DNA from: Vulcanisaeta distributa DSM 14429
GTDB lineage: Archaea > Thermoproteota > Thermoprotei > Thermoproteales > Thermocladiaceae
Length of the DNA: 32,000 nucleotides
Direction of reading: 5' to 3'
Assembly (NCBI RefSeq): GCF_000148385.1
Contig: NC_014537.1
Location: 1,590,001 to 1,622,000, forward strand
Position numbers and translations under genes: made by a program. Shown piece after piece: positions 26,619 to 32,000 of the stretch (positions are counted from its first letter, which is position 1; every line of letters starts with the position of its first letter). The notes beneath the pieces are model-generated. The model searched no databases, was not told the origin of the DNA, and saw nothing but the letters and a program-made list of their open reading frames with translations.

Positions 26619-27428
26619 TCACTTTCCGCTGCTTATGTATGTTACTGTGAAGCTTGATCCGTCAGTGGTTAGTGTGCTTGGTTGTGCCAGGATCTTGCCG
26701 TTGTATGCTGTCATTATTATTTCCACGGTTGATGGGTAGTTTCCGAAGGTCGCGGTGCTACCGCCCACGGTTGCGTAGCACGTGCCGATCACGTCTGTGT
26801 AGTCCTGCCCGAAGTATGCTGTTCCGAAGTTTGCCAGTGCCGTTAGTTGGCCATTAACCGTTGGTCTCTCTAGTATGCATTCGGCTGATGAGAGTAGTGC
26901 TCCGCTTACGCTACCCGTTACTGTGTATGTCTCGCCCCTTGTGATGTCCTTGATCACTATGTTGAATTCGCCATTGCCTATGTACGTTACGTTCACGTAG
27001 ATCACATCGCCGGGTTTGACTGTGAATCCGCTTATTTCCACAGAGGGTGATGGGTAGAATTCATACCATGCCCAGTATATGGGCTTACCACCACTACACT
27101 CTACGGCTATCCCCGCCTGCTCAACCGTACTGTCGTTGTACCCGTCAAGCCCGGCCCACAGGGCCACGTAGGTTGTCTGCCTGGTGCAGGTCACGGATGG
27201 AACAATGAATGAACCTGCGACACTTATTACAGTACCCTCCCGCGCGGGTACTGCGTAGCCTGCCCAGTTTAGGCTGTAGACTGTTGATGCGTAGCCAACG
27301 CCGTGCTTAATCATTGGGTGCATGGTGGGTGTTGCCGGTGCGTGGGCTGTGGCCACTGCTACTACGGCTATTAACGTGAGTGTTACGAGTATGGGTATTA
27401 GCTTGTTCCCAGTCATTTTCCCAGTCAT
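26619..27428 (-). CDS. secreted peptidase G1 (eqolisin / scytalidoglutamic peptidase-like) family protein
   Basis: An N-terminal signal or anchor (LIPILVTLTLIAVVAVATA) is followed by NWAGYAV, GSFIVPSV, ALWAGLDGY, VEQAGI (catalytic Gln context), YWAWYEFYP (catalytic Glu context) and SAECILERP. All are colinear with conserved blocks of the G1 family. Confidence 0.7.
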   Translation of the reverse strand: MTGKMTGNKLIPILVTLTLIAVVAVATAHAPATPTMHPMIKHGVGYASTVYSLNWAGYAVPAREGTVISVAGSFIVPSVTCTRQTTYVALWAGLDGYNDSTVEQAGIAVECSGGKPIYWAWYEFYPSPSVEISGFTVKPGDVIYVNVTYIGNGEFNIVIKDITRGETYTVTGSVSGALLSSAECILERPTVNGQLTALANFGTAYFGQDYTDVIGTCYATVGGSTATFGNYPSTVEIIMTAYNGKILAQPSTLTTDGSSFTVTYISSGK

Positions 27429-27516
27429 TAACTAAGTAGTCATTGATTATCCCTTTAAAGCATTACCCATGTTCATTTTTAATTCATTGAATATGTATTA
27501 TTGTCTTCGAATTATT

Positions 27517-27963
27517 TTACATACTTTGTCTCAGGAATTCCAAAGCCTTAACAGGATGCTCCTCCGGCTTAACCCTCCTGATTACCTTAGCCACCTTGCC
27601 CTCCGGGTTTACTATGAATGTGACCCTCTCCGCGGTCCCCGTGGGCCTCAGCACACCGTATGCCTGTGACGTGCGTTTCTCACTATCGCTTAGTAGTTTG
27701 AATTTGACGCCGTACTTCTCGGCGAACCTCCTCTGGGTGCTCACAGAGTCTGTGCTTATGCCCAGGACCACCACGCCCAGCTTCTCGAATTCGTCCCATA
27801 GCCTGGCGAATTCCTGGGTCTCCCTCGTGCAGCCGCTGGTGAAGGCCTTTGGGAAGAAGTATAGCACTACCCACCTGCCCCTGTAACTCGATAACTTTAC
27901 TGTCTCCCCATCATGGCTTTGTAGTTCGAAGTCGGGAGCCTCCTCACCCTCGTTGACCATCAA
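27517..27963 (-). CDS. bcp: Bcp-type peroxiredoxin (thiol peroxidase, AhpC/TSA family)
   Basis: The 148-aa ORF has EAPDFEL...GRWVVLYFFPKAFTSGCTRE, the peroxidatic Cys motif P-x3-T-x2-C. Confidence 0.85.
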   Translation of the reverse strand: MMVNEGEEAPDFELQSHDGETVKLSSYRGRWVVLYFFPKAFTSGCTRETQEFARLWDEFEKLGVVVLGISTDSVSTQRRFAEKYGVKFKLLSDSEKRTSQAYGVLRPTGTAERVTFIVNPEGKVAKVIRRVKPEEHPVKALEFLRQSM

Positions 27964-28038
27964 TCCAACCTCGTGGTCGGGCTTTTCTATGTTTAGTTTG
28001 AATTAACTTAATATAACTGGTCCCGGGCGCTTAATCCC

Positions 28039-28557
28039 ATGAGCTCACTAAGGAGCTACCTAATGGAGGTAATCCGCGAGTACGAGAGGGTACTGAGCAT
28101 GTATAGGGTGTTTATGAGCCTAGGCACTGCATGCAACTCAAGTGAGTATGTGAGTGTTATTGAGGCTGCACTCGCGGAGTCCATACTCATGCACTCCCGC
28201 AGTTTAATTCAATTCTTCAAGATTGTTAAAGGTAGGAGGTATAAGGACGTCATTTACTACCTGCCATACCTCAAACGCGGGGGCGCCAGGGAGTTTAGGC
28301 GTAGGGTCAGGGCGTGCCCTGGCTATGATGATGCCCAGGGAATTATTAGGGATGTTAATAAGTACGTCCTTCACCTTACGAGGGAGGTTGCCAAGTCTAG
28401 TGATAGGCCTGTCGTGGGTAGGGACGCCATAGCAGCTGTTGTTAGGCTTCTTTGTTGTGTTTTCTCTGTCTTTGTTGATTATGTTGATGTTAGGGTGGTT
28501 AGTGGTGACGTTGTTGATGCGCTTAGGAGGCTTAACGGTGATTGCGTTAAGTATTAA
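28039..28557 (+). CDS. hypothetical protein (predicted helical)
   Basis: The 172-aa ORF ends about 20 nt upstream of the rtcA start. No family was recognised. Confidence 0.4.
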   Translation: MSSLRSYLMEVIREYERVLSMYRVFMSLGTACNSSEYVSVIEAALAESILMHSRSLIQFFKIVKGRRYKDVIYYLPYLKRGGAREFRRRVRACPGYDDAQGIIRDVNKYVLHLTREVAKSSDRPVVGRDAIAAVVRLLCCVFSVFVDYVDVRVVSGDVVDALRRLNGDCVKY

Positions 28558-28577
28558 AGTTCTTGTTGGTTATTCGC

Positions 28578-29633
28578 ATGATGAGTCTTGTGGAGATTGA
28601 TGGTTCAGTGCTTGAGGGTGGTGGGCAGATACTTAGGACTGCCCTGGCACTATCAGCAATTACGGGTAGGCCGGTTAGGATATACAATATCAGAGCTAAG
28701 AGGAGTAATCCAGGGCTTCAACAGCAGCACCTGACCGGCGTTATTGCAGCCGCTAAGATATCTAATGCCCAGGTTACGGGCGCGGTAAAGGGCTCCACTG
28801 AGCTTGTGTTTAAACCAGGGAGGATTGGCTGTGGTGAGTTTAGGTTCGACATTGGCACTGCCGGTGCGGTTACGCTCGTTATACAGACGATACTCCCAAT
28901 ACTCGTGTTCGCCCCGTGTAGGAGTACCGTGATGATAACGGGCGGGACTGACGTACCCTGGTCACCGCCGATTGACTACGTGAGGTTCGTGATGCTCCCA
29001 ATGCTTGGTCTATTCGGTGTTAAGGCTGAGGTCAAGCTCGTAAGGCGTGGTCACTACCCAAGGGGTGGTGGTGAGGTTGTGATGACTGTGGAGCCGAGTA
29101 AGCTGAGGCCCGTTGAGGTTGTTGAGTTTGGTGATTTGAGGGAGGTTAGGGGGATTTCGCATGCGGTTAGGCTGCCGGCTCACGTGGCTCATAGGCAGGC
29201 TAACTCGGCTAGGGAGTACCTGGTCAAGGCCGGTGTTAAGGTCCCAATTGACATTGCCGTGGAGACCTACGAACAGGGTAAGGACCCGCACCTGGGGCCG
29301 GGCAGTGGTATCGTCCTCTGGGCCGTGTCGAGCAAGGGCTTAGTGAAGGGTGCGGATGCGCTTGGTGAGAGGGGTAAGCCTGCGGAGGTGGTTGGTGAGG
29401 AGGCAGCCAGTAAGTTGCTCGAGAGCTTAAGGAGTGGTATGGCGCTTGATGAGCACATGGGTGACATGGTGATACCCTACATGGCCCTGGCCGGCAACAG
29501 TGTCGTTGGCATTTCTAGGATAACTCTTCATGCCTTAACTAACATATACATTGTTGAGAAAATACTCGGTGTTAAGTTTGAGGTCAGTGGTAAGGAGGGC
29601 AAGCCTGGCCTCATTAGGGTTTTCCACGCTTAA
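28578..29633 (+). CDS. rtcA: RNA 3'-terminal phosphate cyclase
   Basis: [46 protein letters not shown] (RtcA N-terminal signature) and the His-containing C-terminal [15 protein letters not shown] are present. The ATG at 28578 is preferred over the track's TTG at 28563. Confidence 0.88.
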   Translation: MMSLVEIDGSVLEGGGQILRTALALSAITGRPVRIYNIRAKRSNPGLQQQHLTGVIAAAKISNAQVTGAVKGSTELVFKPGRIGCGEFRFDIGTAGAVTLVIQTILPILVFAPCRSTVMITGGTDVPWSPPIDYVRFVMLPMLGLFGVKAEVKLVRRGHYPRGGGEVVMTVEPSKLRPVEVVEFGDLREVRGISHAVRLPAHVAHRQANSAREYLVKAGVKVPIDIAVETYEQGKDPHLGPGSGIVLWAVSSKGLVKGADALGERGKPAEVVGEEAASKLLESLRSGMALDEHMGDMVIPYMALAGNSVVGISRITLHALTNIYIVEKILGVKFEVSGKEGKPGLIRVFHA

Positions 29634-29680
29634 TCGTGCTGGGTTATTTTTTACTAGGCGCATCACAATGAGGCTGATTA

Positions 29681-30922
29681 ATGGGGTTAAGCACTGGGTA
29701 TAGGGGTAGTCATGTCTTGTTATCGGTGCTCATTGGCCTAGGTACTTTCCTCGATGGTTATGACCTACTAAACATCAGTATTGTCCTGCCCTTCCTGGTT
29801 CACTTCATGCGCTTGACTCCAGAGATGCAGGGATTGCTTGGCACAACCACTTACATAGGCGGTGTGTTCGGTGCCCTGGTCTTCGGCGTGTTCAGCGACC
29901 TTAGGGGCAGGAGAGTGGCGCTACTGAGCGACATATCCTTCTTCCTAGTTAGTTCGTTCCTCTCGGCATTCGTAACATCCCCAGGGCAGCTCCTGGCGCT
30001 TAGGTTCCTGGTTGGTTTCGGAATTGGTGCTGACATAGTGTCCGGACCAGCCTTACTCTCTGAGGAGTCACCAACGCCGAGGAGGGGCCTCCTACTTGGT
30101 GTTTCATTAATAATGATGCCACTTGGTGGCTTGGTCAGTGCCCTATTGGCCCACGTATTCCTCACAATGGGATTACCCCCAGGCATCCTATGGAGGATTA
30201 TCCTCGGTGCCGGCGCCATTCCCGCGGCAATAGTCATACTGCTGAGGAGTAGGTTGCCTGAATCAACAAGGTGGTTGCTCAGGGGTGCCCCGGGGCGTAG
30301 GAGGATGCCATTCAATGAGGTGTGGAGGGGTTACTGGAGAATGCTTATTTATTCATCAGCTGCCTGGGTTGGCGCCGGCACGACATCCATCTTCACAATA
30401 TTCACGCCAATGCTCGTCGCCCTCAGGGGTGGTGGTTATGGCAGTATGCTAGGCACGGTATTACTGCTTTGGGTCTTCGCGACGCTGGGCGCCTTGCTCG
30501 GCTCACTAATGCTTGACAGGGTTGGTAGGAGGATCCTGCTAATGGCGTCATTAATTGGTTTGGGGATTGCCTTCTGGTACGTGGCGATCACGTATAGGAC
30601 TCCTGGGCTTGAGTACTCGCTGTCTCTGGCCATGTTCATGACGTTCCTAGTCGTTAGCGGTGCATACACTGTTCAGACCGAGGTGTTCCCAGTGGAGGTT
30701 AAGTCCTTCGCAGACGGAATAGCCTTCTCCCTAAATAGGATCGCGAATTTCGTGTTTGGTGCATTAACGCCAATGTACCTCTACACAGGCTTAATAATGC
30801 AGTACCTCGGCTGGGTTGGGGTCTTTGTATTAATAATGGCCATAACCGCGTTATTCACCGGTATGGAAACTGCGAGGAAGGATCTTGAGGAAATAGAAAG
30901 ACTAACAAAAGGCAATTCATGA
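29681..30922 (+). CDS. major facilitator superfamily transporter
   Basis: The 413-aa ORF has about 12 hydrophobic segments and the MFS loop 2-3 motif GVFSDLRGRRVALL (D-x-x-G-R-R). The substrate cannot be read from the sequence. Confidence 0.75.
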   Translation: MGLSTGYRGSHVLLSVLIGLGTFLDGYDLLNISIVLPFLVHFMRLTPEMQGLLGTTTYIGGVFGALVFGVFSDLRGRRVALLSDISFFLVSSFLSAFVTSPGQLLALRFLVGFGIGADIVSGPALLSEESPTPRRGLLLGVSLIMMPLGGLVSALLAHVFLTMGLPPGILWRIILGAGAIPAAIVILLRSRLPESTRWLLRGAPGRRRMPFNEVWRGYWRMLIYSSAAWVGAGTTSIFTIFTPMLVALRGGGYGSMLGTVLLLWVFATLGALLGSLMLDRVGRRILLMASLIGLGIAFWYVAITYRTPGLEYSLSLAMFMTFLVVSGAYTVQTEVFPVEVKSFADGIAFSLNRIANFVFGALTPMYLYTGLIMQYLGWVGVFVLIMAITALFTGMETARKDLEEIERLTKGNS

Positions 30923-30965
30923 ACAACCTCACCTCAGGGATAATCCTTAATTCCCTAGGCGTATC

Positions 30966-31451
30966 ATGAATTGGGTAATGATATTCATCGAGACCCTGGT
31001 CTACGTGGTTAGGGATGGCAGGGTCCTCCTGATAAGGAAGAAGCGCGGGCTCGGTGCTGGTTATTATAATGGGGTTGGTGGTAAGGTTGAGGAAGGTGAG
31101 GACGTGGTCTCGGCCGCAGTTAGGGAGTGTAGGGAGGAGGTTGGTATTACGCCGAAGAATTTAGAGTGGATGGGACTTCTCGAGTTTTGGAATTATGAGG
31201 ATGGTAGGGTGGAGTCCGTGCACTTCGTCCACGTATTCCTCGCCAGAGAATTCGACGGAGTGCCCAGGGAGTCCGATGAGGCTGAGCCAGTTTGGTTTGG
31301 GGTTAATGAGGTTCCGTATGACAACATGTGGAGTGATGATGTGATGTGGCTACCAAAGGTCCTAAGCGGCAAGAAGGTTTATGCAAGGTTCGACTTCGAC
31401 CACTGGAGACTCATTGGTGGGCAGGTCTTCGAGTTGGTCAGGAGTACGTGA
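30966..31451 (+). CDS. Nudix hydrolase (MutT-like)
   Basis: The 161-aa ORF has the Nudix box GGKVEEGEDVVSAAVRECREEVGI (G-x5-E-x7-R-E-x2-E-E-x-G). Confidence 0.85.
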   Translation: MNWVMIFIETLVYVVRDGRVLLIRKKRGLGAGYYNGVGGKVEEGEDVVSAAVRECREEVGITPKNLEWMGLLEFWNYEDGRVESVHFVHVFLAREFDGVPRESDEAEPVWFGVNEVPYDNMWSDDVMWLPKVLSGKKVYARFDFDHWRLIGGQVFELVRST

Positions 31452-31635
31452 TCAGTCACGCCCTCGCTCCTCATTGCTCGGTCGTGTCACTAATCATCAC
31501 TAAACACTTAATAGGGACTGGGCTTAATAATCCCTTAGTGCTGACTCCTTCCAGGACGGATCGGGTGACGAGAAAACCGACCACTGAGCAAGACCACTAC
31601 CTCATGGTAACTCCCACGTATTGCCAACACTGGCA

Positions 31636-32000
31636 CTACGTAGCTCTGCGTTTGGTCTCATCCTCCGTGGTAGGCATCGCTTGAACGTTCATCATGTCAT
31701 TACCGTCAAAAACAATTGTGTAGTTACCTGGCTTCACATTAACGTTAATAATCACGGGGCTTAGTAGGTATAGTATTGGCGCTAGTATGAATGGGAGAAT
31801 AATGAAGTGTCTTCTCTCGTCACCTTCCCTGGAACCACCATCAGTTGCTACTCCCTGCCCAGGCGGTATCACTAGGTATATGGCGGGCGCCTTAGGGTGA
31901 ATCTCGTGATTCCTCTCAAGGTAGAAGTCACCATTCCTGGGTTCCCAATACCAGGCCTCAATAAACCAAAGGAGCGAGCCAAGGTCGTAATACCTCCTCT
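31636..32000 (-). CDS. hypothetical protein, C-terminal part with one predicted TM helix; the 5' end lies beyond the right edge
   Basis: The minus-strand frame is open from the window edge (…YYDLGSLLWFIEAWYWEPRNGDFYLERNHEIHPKAPAIYLVIPPGQ…HFIILPFILAPILYLLSPVII…) to the stop at 31636. The track lists only the last 78 codons, from an internal GTG. Confidence 0.4.
   Translation of the reverse strand, partial: RRYYDLGSLLWFIEAWYWEPRNGDFYLERNHEIHPKAPAIYLVIPPGQGVATDGGSREGDERRHFIILPFILAPILYLLSPVIINVNVKPGNYTIVFDGNDMMNVQAMPTTEDETKRRAT

Noticed and set aside
1-32000. Looked for an integrase, transposase, IS terminal inverted repeats, or tRNA-derived att duplications that would define a discrete mobile element
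   Set aside because: No recombinase-like ORF was recognised and no copy of the tRNA 3' half was seen by eye elsewhere in the window. No mobile_element feature is therefore called, and a computational repeat search is still needed.

Overview
The window reads as a crenarchaeal, Thermoproteales-like chromosome segment. This placement is inferred from a two-intron tRNA, csa-type type I-A cas genes, 25-nt repeats ending ATAGAAGG in the transcribed sense, and leaderless-style TATA spacing. No organism can be named from the sequence alone.

Layout:
(1) 1-3.0 kb holds the 5' part of an aCPSF1 beta-CASP RNase gene and a 505-aa ORF with two LAGLIDADG-like motifs behind a very A+T-rich spacer.
(2) 3.0-8.0 kb holds tRNA-Pro(UGG) with two introns inside a gene-decay zone. 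The remnants are a dienelactone hydrolase tail, a frameshifted retropepsin-like paralog beside an intact copy, a frameshifted archaeal ATPase, a formamidase head and an APC permease fragment.
(3) 7.97-25.85 kb is a defence island. It contains a McrBC-like pair, CRISPR array 1 (21 repeats), the interference operon csa5-cas7-cas5-cas8a(?)-cas3'-cas3''-cas6, divergent csa3, CRISPR array 2 (34 repeats plus a degenerate terminal one), and the adaptation operon csa1-cas1-cas2-cas4.
(4) 25.9-32 kb holds a GIY-YIG protein, a secreted G1 (eqolisin-like) glutamic peptidase, Bcp peroxiredoxin, a hypothetical ORF, RtcA, an MFS transporter, a Nudix hydrolase and a partial ORF at the right edge.

The CRISPR-Cas locus itself is a recognisable type I-A system. 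The best candidates for something undescribed are the McrB-like protein's unassigned ~290-aa N-terminal domain (with its McrC-like partner), the LAGLIDADG-like 505-aa ORF, the unrecognisable 407-aa large-subunit-position protein, and the GIY-YIG ORF flanking the adaptation module. None of these can be proven novel without database or structure searches.
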